Below the pieces are notes generated by a model, which was not told the origin of the DNA, did not search any database, and was given only the letters and a program-made list of their open reading frames with translations. Positions 36,833-45,544 of a stretch of DNA of 64,000 nt are shown piece after piece; positions within the stretch are counted from its first letter, which is position 1; each line of letters begins with the position of its first letter. The stretch is from an uncultured Gemmatimonadales bacterium (GTDB lineage: Bacteria > Gemmatimonadota > Gemmatimonadetes > Longimicrobiales > RSA9): contig CAVSJO010000003.1 of NCBI GenBank assembly GCA_963728445.1, positions 30,083 through 94,082 on the forward strand. The letters are read 5' to 3'. A program made the position numbers and the translations under genes.

Positions 36833-37645
36833 TCACGGGATCATTCCCGATGTCGTCGGCGGTCCGTAGACGACCAGCGCAAGAGCCGTAATCGCGACGA
36901 CGTAGGCAAAACGATAGCCGGCGCGCTGCTCCACGGTTACGGCCCGGGAATGCGCCAGAGGGGAGAACTTTCCGGCGATGTCGAAGACCAGCACGTTGGT
37001 CAGGTCGATGACGAAGTGGAGAACGATCGGCACCCAGATGGTGCCCGTCACGAGATAGATGACCTCCAGCATCGCGCCGGTCACCGCCCAGCTGGCAACT
37101 TGCGGCGGGCTCACGCGGTTCGTCAGGAAGTGGATGACGGTGAAGAGGCCGGTGCTCGCGATCAGCACCCCGACGACCCCGAGGCTCCGCAGATTCACCG
37201 TCACGTATCCCCGGTAGAGGACTTCCTCCTGCGCCGCCACGACGACGAGCACGGCGCCTACGCCCAGAAGCTGCCGCACCGTCCCCTCAAGCGACTCGCG
37301 GCCCTGCTCCGGCGCCGGCTGCGTCCGCTCGAGGATCCGGACGAATACGGCCGCACTCGCGAAGGTGACCACGACGGCCACGACCGTGAACAGCGCATCG
37401 CGTCTGGAAAGTCCCACGCCGAGAGCGGCGATCGGCCGCCCATCGACAAATGTGAGGAAGAGCAGGGTGGCAAGGAGCACCACCAGGTTGGCGACGACGC
37501 CGATGGCCAGCACCGGAGCCGACGTGCGCGCCTCCATCTCGCGGAGGTCCGCACCGGTGCGCCGTACGAGCACCGACGCCGAAACCGCCGCCACGAGATA
37601 GACGGCGGTCAGGGCGAGGACGCGCAGCCACGCCGCGGTTTCCAT
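36833..37645 (-). CDS. CPBP family (CAAX protease II / Abi) intramembrane glutamic endopeptidase
   Basis: Motifs EEVLYRG, FTVIH and HFVIDLTN in a multi-TM protein. Confidence 0.85.
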   Translation of the reverse strand: METAAWLRVLALTAVYLVAAVSASVLVRRTGADLREMEARTSAPVLAIGVVANLVVLLATLLFLTFVDGRPIAALGVGLSRRDALFTVVAVVVTFASAAVFVRILERTQPAPEQGRESLEGTVRQLLGVGAVLVVVAAQEEVLYRGYVTVNLRSLGVVGVLIASTGLFTVIHFLTNRVSPPQVASWAVTGAMLEVIYLVTGTIWVPIVLHFVIDLTNVLVFDIAGKFSPLAHSRAVTVEQRAGYRFAYVVAITALALVVYGPPTTSGMIP

Positions 37646-37826
37646 GGCTCCCCCCGCGCACGCGGGCCGGCAGAAGAGGGTAGGATGCGAACGCCGAAGG
37701 CCCACACCGATGGTCGTCGTTCAATCCTTCCCAACATACGGCCGACAGCTCCGCCGACAACCCGACCGGCCGCGCAGCAGCGGTCACAGAAAGACGCCGA
37801 CCGTCACGACCAGCCCGAGGAAGAGC

Positions 37827-38387
37827 CTACGCACGGGCCGCTTCACGCGCTTCCGCACCCCGGAACAGCGCCCCCGAGGCCGCGAACAGCACCAGGAAGA
37901 AGCCGTTCACTCCGACGATCTCCACCGGCCCGCTCGCCCGGCCGCCGAGCCCGAAGGCGAGGGCGATCACGGCGACGAGCCCAAGCGCGGCCGCCGTCGC
38001 GAACATCGCCCACGCCATTCCCAGCGGCCGAAGCCGCGCGAGGGCGGTGCCGACCGCCAGCACCGCGAGCACCCCGAGGTACAGGAGATTCGCCGGGTCG
38101 GCCTCGCTGCCGATGAGCCCCACGGCCAGGTTGCTCCAGATCAGGAACAACCCTGCGCCCGCCGCGAGTCCGGCCGCGAGCCGGTAGGTGGTGTTCCCCG
38201 CCCTGCTCGCCACCCACTGGTAGACGAAGCCCGTGCCTAGGAGCAGGGTCCCGGCAACGACGAAGTCGGCGACGGTCCAGTTCACGTCGCTGGTGAACTG
38301 CATCGCAACGACCGGGATCATCAGCAGCACCGCCACGCCGGCCACGAGGCGGCCGGCGGATCGGTATCCAGAGATCTCCGGTGTCAT
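37827..38387 (-). CDS. Conserved-looking multi-TM hypothetical membrane protein
   Basis: LLMIPVVAMQFTSDVNWTVADFVVAG...W.NLAVGLIGSE.DPAN; six hydrophobic segments. Confidence 0.7.
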   Translation of the reverse strand: MTPEISGYRSAGRLVAGVAVLLMIPVVAMQFTSDVNWTVADFVVAGTLLLGTGFVYQWVASRAGNTTYRLAAGLAAGAGLFLIWSNLAVGLIGSEADPANLLYLGVLAVLAVGTALARLRPLGMAWAMFATAAALGLVAVIALAFGLGGRASGPVEIVGVNGFFLVLFAASGALFRGAEAREAARA

Positions 38388-38452
38388 GGCTCTCATCCGG
38401 TCGAAAGGTGGATCGTGCCCCCAGCGGGCGGGTTGCGTCCGTCGTGACAAGT

Positions 38453-38469
38453 ACTTTACTTTACAAAGT
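38453..38469. promoter_or_regulatory. AT-rich operator-like palindrome ACTTT-N7-AAAGT
   Basis: ACTTTACTTTACAAAGT, about 65 nt upstream of the membrane-protein gene. Confidence 0.5.
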
Positions 38470-38493
38470 CCGCGAAGGCAAGGGCGACGGAGG

Positions 38494-38625
38494 TTCGATC
38501 GCTGGCGGAAATTCCAGGAGAGCGAGCGCGCCGCGGACCCCGTCGCGCCGTTCATCGACCGGGAGGGCTACCTGCGCTACGTCGCCGCGGCGGAGAGGCG
38601 GCTGAAGGAGAGCCGGGGGAAGTGA
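38494..38625 (+). pseudogene. Start-less 3' gene remnant resembling the C-terminus of subclass B3 metallo-beta-lactamase-like proteins
   Basis: FDRWRKFQESERAADPVAPFIDREGYLRYVAAAERRLKESRGK* with coding-like G/C third positions; no plausible start. The family assignment is from memory of the PF(I/V)DxxGY..Y...AE tail. Confidence 0.4.
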
Positions 38626-38659
38626 CGCTGCCGGGCTCGGAAGGGACGCCCGATGACGA

Positions 38660-39073
38660 TCATGGGAGCACCGGCGTGTTGTGGCACGCCACGAGGGTCC
38701 AGGTGCCCCCGCGCAGCTCGAAGACCTCGAGTAGTCGCGTCCGCAGCACGCCGTCCGCGTGGGCGGCAACGCCGGGTGGCATCGCCCGGGCGCCCGTAAG
38801 GCGAAGCGAGAGCTCCGCGATCGCCACGCCCGTTCCGGGGAACATGATCCGCTCCACGTCCGCCTCGAGCACCGTGCCGGCGTAGATCCCACCGAAGATC
38901 CGTCGGTGGACGGCCACGAAGGCCGCCCGCCCGACCCAGCGCTGGCCCCGGATGTTCGTGAAGCCGAGGTCCTCGCCCGCGGTCGAGGCGTATCCGTCCG
39001 CGTCGCCACGTCCCCAGGCGGCCGTCTGCTCCGCCACCAGCCGCCGGACCTCCGTCTCACGCGCCTCCGACAT
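38660..39073 (-). CDS. SnoaL/NTF2-like protein (SgcJ/EcaC, DUF4440)
   Basis: Motifs AAWGRGDADGYA...FTNIRG...VGRAAF..VH and WTLVACHNT. Confidence 0.8.
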   Translation of the reverse strand: MSEARETEVRRLVAEQTAAWGRGDADGYASTAGEDLGFTNIRGQRWVGRAAFVAVHRRIFGGIYAGTVLEADVERIMFPGTGVAIAELSLRLTGARAMPPGVAAHADGVLRTRLLEVFELRGGTWTLVACHNTPVLP

Positions 39074-39091
39074 GCCGCCTCCGGGTGCGGG

Positions 39092-39781
39092 TCATCCCGC
39101 GTCCACCTTCCTGCGCGACGCCCCCGCGCCGGCCGCGTCGGCCACGCTCTCCTGGACCATCGCCCTCGCCATCCACTGCGTGACCCGCTCGGCCTCCTCG
39201 GCCGACAGTCCCCTCAGGTCCATCAGAAGGAACTGGGAGTCGAAGCCTACACAGGCCGTGAGCCCCGACACCAGCCGATCGAATCGTTCGCGGCCCAGAC
39301 GTCTCCGAAGAGGATCCACCGCCGCGATGATCCAGTCGATGCGGCGAGATCCGCGGGGCTGGACGCCGGGCACCGCCGGCCCGCCGGCGGTAAGTCGCCA
39401 GATGGTTCGCAGCAGCGCCTCGTGCTCCAGCGTGAGACGGTGCATGACCCGCACGGTGGCGTCGAGCCGGGCGAGGGCCCGGGAGACGTCGGACGCGGCG
39501 TCGTCGCCCTCGCGACCCTCGCTCACGCCGCCCTCCGCGACCGCTTCCACGGCCGCAATCGCCGCTTCCACCTCCGGGCGCAGCCGCTCGAGAGACGCCT
39601 CCACCAGCAGCTGGTCCTGTGTCGGGAAGTAGCGGTAGGCGGTCCGCCGGGAGACGCCCGCCTCGTCCGCGACCTCCGTGGTCGTCGGCGTCTGCCCCGT
39701 CGCGATGAGCCGCGCGGCGGCCGCCAGCAGCGCCCGCCGCGTCCGCCCTCGCTGCCTCTCCCTTCCTCTTGACGGATTCAC
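39092..39781 (-). CDS. TetR/AcrR family regulator
   Basis: RTRRALLAAAARL...TTTEVADEAGVSRRTAYRYFPTQDQLL. Confidence 0.9.
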   Translation of the reverse strand: MNPSRGRERQRGRTRRALLAAAARLIATGQTPTTTEVADEAGVSRRTAYRYFPTQDQLLVEASLERLRPEVEAAIAAVEAVAEGGVSEGREGDDAASDVSRALARLDATVRVMHRLTLEHEALLRTIWRLTAGGPAVPGVQPRGSRRIDWIIAAVDPLRRRLGRERFDRLVSGLTACVGFDSQFLLMDLRGLSAEEAERVTQWMARAMVQESVADAAGAGASRRKVDAG

Positions 39782-39798
39782 GGGCCAAAGGTACTATC

Positions 39799-39845
39799 GA
39801 GTGTCATGACACTCAAGTGCCATTACGGCACATTAGTGTCATGAC
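39799..39845. promoter_or_regulatory. Two operator copies between the TetR and haloperoxidase-like genes
   Basis: Perfect palindrome GAGTGTCATGACACTC (39799-39814) and a second AGTGTCATGAC (39835-39845). Confidence 0.8.
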
Positions 39846-39887
39846 GGGCCCCTGGGGCCCGATCACCCTCCTTCGGAGCGTGCCACC

Positions 39888-41171
39888 ATGCGTACCTCCA
39901 TTCCCCCCTTCCGTGCGGGGGCCCACCGCGCCAGCACGGGAACCGAGCGACAGAGACGGCCTGGAATCCTCCCCATCGCGCTGGCGCTGACGATGGGCGG
40001 CGGTGTACTGGCGGCGTGCGGGCCCGACGCCGAGCGGTCGAACCCTGTGGGGCCGGCCATCGCCGCGCAGATGAGCGGTCCGGCAAGCGCGCGGGAGACG
40101 GCGAGCGCGCGCTGGGTGTCCCTAACGCGAAACCTCTTGGCCGGAGCGGAGCCGAGCCCCCTCGGCACCGCGCGTTCCGACGCCCTGGTGAGCGTGGCCA
40201 TGTACGACGCGGTCGTCGCCACCGACGGTCCCTCGTCGGGGCCGATGCATCCCCGCCAGGCGGGCGCCGCGGCCGGCGCCGCGGCAGCGGTGCTGCGCAC
40301 GCTGTACCCGTCGGTGCAGGCGGCCGTCGACGCGCAGCTTGCGGCCGACCAGAGCTACTTCTCCGGGCCTTCCGGCCGCGTCGACGAGTTCCTGGACGGT
40401 GTCGCCACCGGCGAACAGGTTGCCGCGCAGGTCGTGGCCCACGCGTCGTCGGACGGGAGCAGCGCGGTCTGGTCCGGCACGGCTCCCGTTGGCCCGGGCT
40501 ACTGGACGAGCGCGCCGATGGTGCCGCCGATCGGGGCGGCGTGGGGGCAGGTGCGGCCGTGGTACATGACGTCGGGCGACGAGTTCCGGCCGCCCGCGCC
40601 GCCCGCGTACGGCTCCGGCGCGTTCCTCTCGGCCCTCGCCGAAGTGCAGGACCTGAGCAGGAACGCGACCCCGGAGCAGCTCCAGATCGCCGTGTTCTGG
40701 GCGTACGGCAGCGGTCCCGGCGGGCCCATGGGCTACTTCGGCTCCGTCGCCTCGGACCTGGCCACGAAGCGCCACATGGACGAGCTCGCGATGAGCCGCC
40801 TCTTCGCGGTGCTGTACACGGGAATGATGGACGCCTCCGTCGGCTGCTGGGACGGGAAGTACGCGTACTGGTACGTCCGGCCGTACCAGGTCGACCCCAC
40901 GATTCCGACGCCGGTGGGTCGCCCCAACTTCCCGTCGTACCCGTCGGCGCATTCCTGCTTCACCGGCGCGGCGGTCGAGATCCTGAGCAGCTACTTCCCG
41001 GCGGAGGAATCGTGGCTGCGGGCGATGGTGCCGGAAGCCGGCGTGGCGCGAATCTACGGCGGCCTGCACTACCGTTTCGACGTGGATGCCGGTCGGGACC
41101 TGGGCTACGCCGTGGGGCGGCTGGCCCTGCAGCACGCGCCGCGGGGGAAGCAGCCGATTCCGCTGGACTGA
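39888..41171 (+). CDS. Vanadium-dependent haloperoxidase / PAP2 superfamily lipoprotein
   Basis: The three PAP2/VHPO motifs: KYAYWYVRP, PSYPSAH and ARIYGGLHYRFD. Lipobox LAAC; start uncertain. Confidence 0.8.
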   Translation: MRTSIPPFRAGAHRASTGTERQRRPGILPIALALTMGGGVLAACGPDAERSNPVGPAIAAQMSGPASARETASARWVSLTRNLLAGAEPSPLGTARSDALVSVAMYDAVVATDGPSSGPMHPRQAGAAAGAAAAVLRTLYPSVQAAVDAQLAADQSYFSGPSGRVDEFLDGVATGEQVAAQVVAHASSDGSSAVWSGTAPVGPGYWTSAPMVPPIGAAWGQVRPWYMTSGDEFRPPAPPAYGSGAFLSALAEVQDLSRNATPEQLQIAVFWAYGSGPGGPMGYFGSVASDLATKRHMDELAMSRLFAVLYTGMMDASVGCWDGKYAYWYVRPYQVDPTIPTPVGRPNFPSYPSAHSCFTGAAVEILSSYFPAEESWLRAMVPEAGVARIYGGLHYRFDVDAGRDLGYAVGRLALQHAPRGKQPIPLD

Positions 41172-41216
41172 CCGCACCCGCAGGTCATGGCGGAGGACCG
41201 CTCACGCGGCCGACGA

Positions 41217-41252
41217 CCGGGCGCCACGTCCTCGTGGCGCCCGGTTCCTTTT
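41217..41252 (+). terminator. Rho-independent terminator
   Basis: 12-bp stem CCGGGCGCCACG / CGTGGCGCCCGG, loop TCCT, followed by TTCCTTTT. Confidence 0.7.
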
Positions 41253-41284
41253 GAATCGAACCCTCATGCTGCGATTTCCGCGAG

Positions 41285-41638
41285 TCAATCGTTCACGACG
41301 CGGAAGCGCTGTCGCATGTCGTCGGCGAGTGCGTTCACGCGGACGTCCAGGCTCCGCACCGCGCGCTCCAGGCCGGTCACGCGATCCTCGATCCGATCCA
41401 TCCGCTCGTCGATCGAACGGAGCCGCTCGTCGAGCGAGATGAACCGGTCGGTGAACTCCACGTGCATGGCCTCGAGTCGGCGCTCGAGGCCGTCCATGCG
41501 CGCATCGAGTCCCCCCATGCGCTGCTCGAGGGCGTCGAAGCGTTGGTGAAACGCTTCGAAGTGCTTCGAGATCAGATGGGTGAGCTTCTCGAACTCCCCG
41601 CCCATACGCTCGAACTCGGCCCGGGTTTCGGCGTCCAT
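41285..41638 (-). CDS. Small heptad-repeat coiled-coil protein
   Basis: RFDALEQ-RMGGLDA-RMDGLER-RLEAM...RLRSIDE-RMDRIED-RVTGLER heptads. Confidence 0.7.
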   Translation of the reverse strand: MDAETRAEFERMGGEFEKLTHLISKHFEAFHQRFDALEQRMGGLDARMDGLERRLEAMHVEFTDRFISLDERLRSIDERMDRIEDRVTGLERAVRSLDVRVNALADDMRQRFRVVND

Positions 41639-41807
41639 GCCCCCACGATAGCCTCGCCTGCGCCAAGGTGTCCATGGCCGTTCGGGACGTCCGGCTCACC
41701 GCCTGGGACGCGTGCGGGGCTGCGCCGGCGAGGGGGCCTTCTGGCGACGTCGCCCTCCTCCCCACATCTTCTCCGAGGCCCCTTATCCTCTCGCCCGCGA
41801 GCTCGCC

Positions 41808-43847
41808 ATGATGCCAACCTCGCCGACGCGCGTACTCGTCGCTGCAGCCCTTCTCGCCTTCTCCCCCCTCGCCGCCCGCGCGCAGCAGCCCGAGCAGAGC
41901 CGTCCCGCGCAGCCGCGCCAGGCGGAGGATCCGCGCACGGCGCAGACGGAGAAGCCGCCACTGCACGGCACCCACTGGGTCGCCATCACGGGCAAGCCGC
42001 TGTCGGCCACGGCCGGCGCGCTCACGTTCGCGAAGGGCGGCAACGCGGTGGACGCGGCGGCGGCCATGCTCGCGGCCGGCTGCACGATGTGGGACACGCT
42101 CTCGTGCGGCGGCGAGACGCAGGCGCTGATCTACGACCCGCACACGCACAAGGTCATCGGCATCGACGCGCTCGGCGTCGCGCCCACCGGCGCAACCGCG
42201 AAGTTCTACCATGACAAGGGCTACGAATTCCCGCCCCAGTACGGACCCCTGGCGGCCGTCACGCCGGGCACGGTCGGGGGGCTGCTCACCATGCTGGCCG
42301 AGTACGGGACGCTGTCACTGAAGGACGTGCTCGCGCCGGCGATCGAGATGGCGGACGGCTACCCCATCGAGGCGCAGCTCACCCGCACGATCGACCACTA
42401 CAGTGACTGGCTCGAGAAGTGGAAGTACTCGCGGCAGGTCATGCTGCCGAACGCTGGGAAGCCGCCGGAGCCGGGGCAGGTCTTCGTTCAGAAGGACCTG
42501 GCGGACACGTGGCGCAAGCTGGTGGACGCGGAGCAGCAGGCGCTGAAGGCCGGCAAGTCGCGCAAGGAGGCCATCTACGCGGCGTACGACCGGTTCTACA
42601 AGGGGGACGTCGCTCAGGAGCTCGTCCGCGGGGTGCAGGAGGAGGGCGGGCTCATCACGATGAAGGACCTGGCCGACTGGAAGGTCCGCATCGAGGAGCC
42701 GCTGCGCACGAGTTACAAGGGCATCGACGTCTACAAGCTCCCGATCTGGCAGCAGGGCCCCGTCATGCTCCAGTCTCTGAACCTGCTGGAGAACGTGGAC
42801 GACCTGAAAGGCATGGGCTACAACTCCGCGCCCTACATACACACCCTCTACCAGGTCATGAACCTGGCCTACGCGGACCGGGACTTCTACTACGGAGACC
42901 CGTACTTCCCGCCCGAGGAGCCCGTGAAGGGCCTGCTCTCGAAGGACTACGCGAAGAAGCGCTTCGCCACCATCGACTGGCGCCGCAACGACCCGGACGT
43001 GAAGCCGGGCGACCCGTACGCGTTTCAGGACGGCACGAACCCGTTCCCGAAGCTCCTGGCCGCGTGGGACCCGCAGAAGTTCGTGCCGAAGCCCGCGGCG
43101 CCGGCGAGCGGGCAGCAGGACCGCGCGCCGGGCGCGGCGAAGGATACGAGCGCGGCGACGAGCGGGAGCCGGGCGACGTCGCCCGTCGAACGCCGCTCCG
43201 GCGCCGCCGAGTTCGTCCCCGAAGACGCGACGGCCGCCGATTCCGCCTTCGATGAGGACTTCTACGCGGGCACGACGTCCATCGTGTCCGCGGACGCGGA
43301 CGGGTGGGTCGTCTCCATCACGCCCAGCGGCGGCTGGGTCCCGGCCGTGATCGCGGGCCACACGGGCATCGGGCTGAGCGAGCGGGCGCAGAGCTTCGTG
43401 ACGCGGCCGGAGGACGGGCCCTACAACGTCATCGAGCCGGGCAAGCGGCCTCGGGTCACGCTGACGCCGACCATCGCCCTCAAGGACGGCGCCCCCTACC
43501 TCGCCTTCGCCGTGCAGGGCGGCGACACGCAGGACCAGAACCTCCTGCAGTTCTTCCTGAACGTCGTCGAGTTCGGCATGACCGTGCAGGAGGCGGTGGA
43601 GGCGCCCAACATCAACAGCGAACAGATGCGCTCTTCGTTCGGGATGCACGAGATGCGGCCCGGGTACATGACGGCGGCGACGTCGCTCCCGGACAGCACG
43701 CGCGCCGCGCTGCGCGCCATGGGCTACACCCTGCACTTCACGCCGCGCACGTCCGGTCCGATCAACGCCATCCTGTTCGACGCCGCGCACCACACGATGT
43801 GGGGCGGGTCGAGCAACCACGGGGAGGACTACGGGATCGCTTGGTGA
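41808..43847 (+). CDS. ggt: Gamma-glutamyltransferase family (Ntn hydrolase / acylase), exported
   Basis: GGNAVDAAAA, AVTPGTVGG, LAYADRDFYYGDP, autoproteolytic GT/TSIVSAD, PGKRPRVTLTP and QGGDTQ; signal peptide. Confidence 0.85.
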   Translation: MMPTSPTRVLVAAALLAFSPLAARAQQPEQSRPAQPRQAEDPRTAQTEKPPLHGTHWVAITGKPLSATAGALTFAKGGNAVDAAAAMLAAGCTMWDTLSCGGETQALIYDPHTHKVIGIDALGVAPTGATAKFYHDKGYEFPPQYGPLAAVTPGTVGGLLTMLAEYGTLSLKDVLAPAIEMADGYPIEAQLTRTIDHYSDWLEKWKYSRQVMLPNAGKPPEPGQVFVQKDLADTWRKLVDAEQQALKAGKSRKEAIYAAYDRFYKGDVAQELVRGVQEEGGLITMKDLADWKVRIEEPLRTSYKGIDVYKLPIWQQGPVMLQSLNLLENVDDLKGMGYNSAPYIHTLYQVMNLAYADRDFYYGDPYFPPEEPVKGLLSKDYAKKRFATIDWRRNDPDVKPGDPYAFQDGTNPFPKLLAAWDPQKFVPKPAAPASGQQDRAPGAAKDTSAATSGSRATSPVERRSGAAEFVPEDATAADSAFDEDFYAGTTSIVSADADGWVVSITPSGGWVPAVIAGHTGIGLSERAQSFVTRPEDGPYNVIEPGKRPRVTLTPTIALKDGAPYLAFAVQGGDTQDQNLLQFFLNVVEFGMTVQEAVEAPNINSEQMRSSFGMHEMRPGYMTAATSLPDSTRAALRAMGYTLHFTPRTSGPINAILFDAAHHTMWGGSSNHGEDYGIAW

Positions 43848-43864
43848 GCGCCGGCACCCCCGAG

Positions 43865-44560
43865 ATGGACGAAACCCGACGCTACACACGCGAGGAGATC
43901 GAGCGGATCTTCGAGCGCGCCGCACACGACGACGCGGCGCGTCGCACCGATCTCGAGCGGGAGGGCATGTCCCTCGCCGAGCTGCGCGAGATCGCCGACG
44001 AGGTCGGCATCCCGGCCGACCGCATCGAGGCCGCCGCCCGCGAGCTCGAGCCGCCGGCGAGCCTCGCCCCCGCGGGCACGCCCCTGGCCGTCTCGCGGCG
44101 CCGGGGCGGCCTGCTCGACCGCGTGCTCGGCTCGCGCGTCTTCCCCCTGCGCGTGCGAGTCGAGGTGCCGCTGCCGCGCCGCCCCACCGACGCCGAGTGG
44201 GAGCGCATGGTCGACGACCTGCGCGGCGTGTTCCGTGCCCGCGGCCACGACTACAGCGTCGGCGACGTGCGGGAATGGACGCACTCGCGCCTCTACGCGC
44301 TGATCGAGCGGCAGGGCGACGACTGGCGCCTCACGATGGGCAGCACGAAGGGCGACACGGCCGGCCTGGTGATCGCCGGCGGCAGCGCGCTCGTCGCGGG
44401 TGCCGCCGCCGCAGTGGCGCCGGTGCTGGTCGGCGGCGTCGCCGTGCTCGGCTACGCCGTCGCACGCCTCCCCCGCTGGGCCCACCGCCGCCGCACGCAG
44501 ATGGCCACCCTCGCCGAGCACTGGGTCGAGATGCTCCAGGAGCCGCCGCAGGACGCGTGA
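43865..44560 (+). CDS. Hypothetical protein with an N-terminal helical domain and C-terminal TM hairpin
   Basis: YTREEIERIFERAA...MSLAELREIADEVGIP; coupled to the ggt stop (alternative GTG at 43844). Confidence 0.7.
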   Translation: MDETRRYTREEIERIFERAAHDDAARRTDLEREGMSLAELREIADEVGIPADRIEAAARELEPPASLAPAGTPLAVSRRRGGLLDRVLGSRVFPLRVRVEVPLPRRPTDAEWERMVDDLRGVFRARGHDYSVGDVREWTHSRLYALIERQGDDWRLTMGSTKGDTAGLVIAGGSALVAGAAAAVAPVLVGGVAVLGYAVARLPRWAHRRRTQMATLAEHWVEMLQEPPQDA

Positions 44561-44612
44561 GGACATGCCGCCGTCCCGACCGTCACGGCGGCCGCCCGTT
44601 CCGACCGCGGCC

Positions 44613-45521
44613 TCACAGGCCGACGTGGAGTCCGACGCCGAAGTAGCGGATCCCCGAGCGGTAGAACTGCCCGTACGGCGCGGGGCCGTTGTAGAACTCG
44701 CCGAGGAGGCGCACCGGGCGAGGAGGCTGCCCGGGCAGCGGCGCCCGCGCGATCTCGACGCCGGCGCGGGCGCTCCACGCCGGCGTCCACTTCCGCTCCT
44801 CGGACGACTTCACGTCCAGCGCCGCGACCAGGCCCACGGCGCGCACCTGCCGCGACCGCAGCTCGACGCCGGCATGGGCCACCATGGGCTCCAGCTCCTG
44901 GGGCTCGCGGCGCAGGAGTCGCTCTCCCCCGGCGTACAGTCGGACCGGCCCTACGTCGCCGGAGATCACCGCCTCCAGCGCCTCGAAGGAGACGTTCACC
45001 CGGTCCGGAGCGTTGTCGAGGATGAACTCGTCGCCCAGGTGAGAGCTCTGGTGATAGAGGCCCACCCGCGCTGACAAGGCGCGCCGACGCAGCGTGAGCG
45101 GGAGACCGACGACGTAGTCGGCGTTGATCAGGTCGAACGAGGGCGTGTCGAGGTTGAACTGCGCGAAGATGGCGCCGACGACCCCGAGCTGCGCACCGTC
45201 TCCGGCGCGGGCGCCGTTCCAGCGCACCAGCCCGAAGCTGTCGCCCAGTCCGACGGCCGCGATGTCGGTACGGCCTCCCGCCGCCGGATCCGCCACGGTC
45301 GAGAAGCTTCCGCGCAGGTAGCTCGCGAACGAGTGGGGCTCCTTGGGGTCCGCCACCAGCGGGCAGAACAGCTCGCCCTGCGGCAGCCCGACGACCGCGC
45401 GGGACCCCACGCCCGTGCGCAGATCAGAGCCGCAGCGCTGCGCCTCCGCGCTGCTCGGGAGCCCGCACAGCAGCACGAGTGCGAGCGCGGCGCCGGCTCC
45501 ATAACGTATTCCTCGAGCCAC
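44613..45521 (-). CDS. DUF1207-like exported / outer-membrane protein
   Basis: Signal peptide, PLVADPKEP, FDLINADY, YHQSSHLGDE and C-terminal GVGLHVGL; GGAGG precedes GTG 45521. Confidence 0.7.
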   Translation of the reverse strand: MARGIRYGAGAALALVLLCGLPSSAEAQRCGSDLRTGVGSRAVVGLPQGELFCPLVADPKEPHSFASYLRGSFSTVADPAAGGRTDIAAVGLGDSFGLVRWNGARAGDGAQLGVVGAIFAQFNLDTPSFDLINADYVVGLPLTLRRRALSARVGLYHQSSHLGDEFILDNAPDRVNVSFEALEAVISGDVGPVRLYAGGERLLRREPQELEPMVAHAGVELRSRQVRAVGLVAALDVKSSEERKWTPAWSARAGVEIARAPLPGQPPRPVRLLGEFYNGPAPYGQFYRSGIRYFGVGLHVGL

Positions 45522-45544
45522 TGAGCCTCCTCCCTGCCCGGCGC

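Noticed and set aside
36833-37645. CPBP/'Abi' protein as an abortive-infection gene
   Set aside because: The Abi label of this family is historical; the sequence shows only the intramembrane protease motifs and no defence context.
41285-41287. In-frame TGA as selenocysteine
   Set aside because: Coiled-coil context with no redox motif, no evident SECIS hairpin, and Arg fits the repeat pattern.
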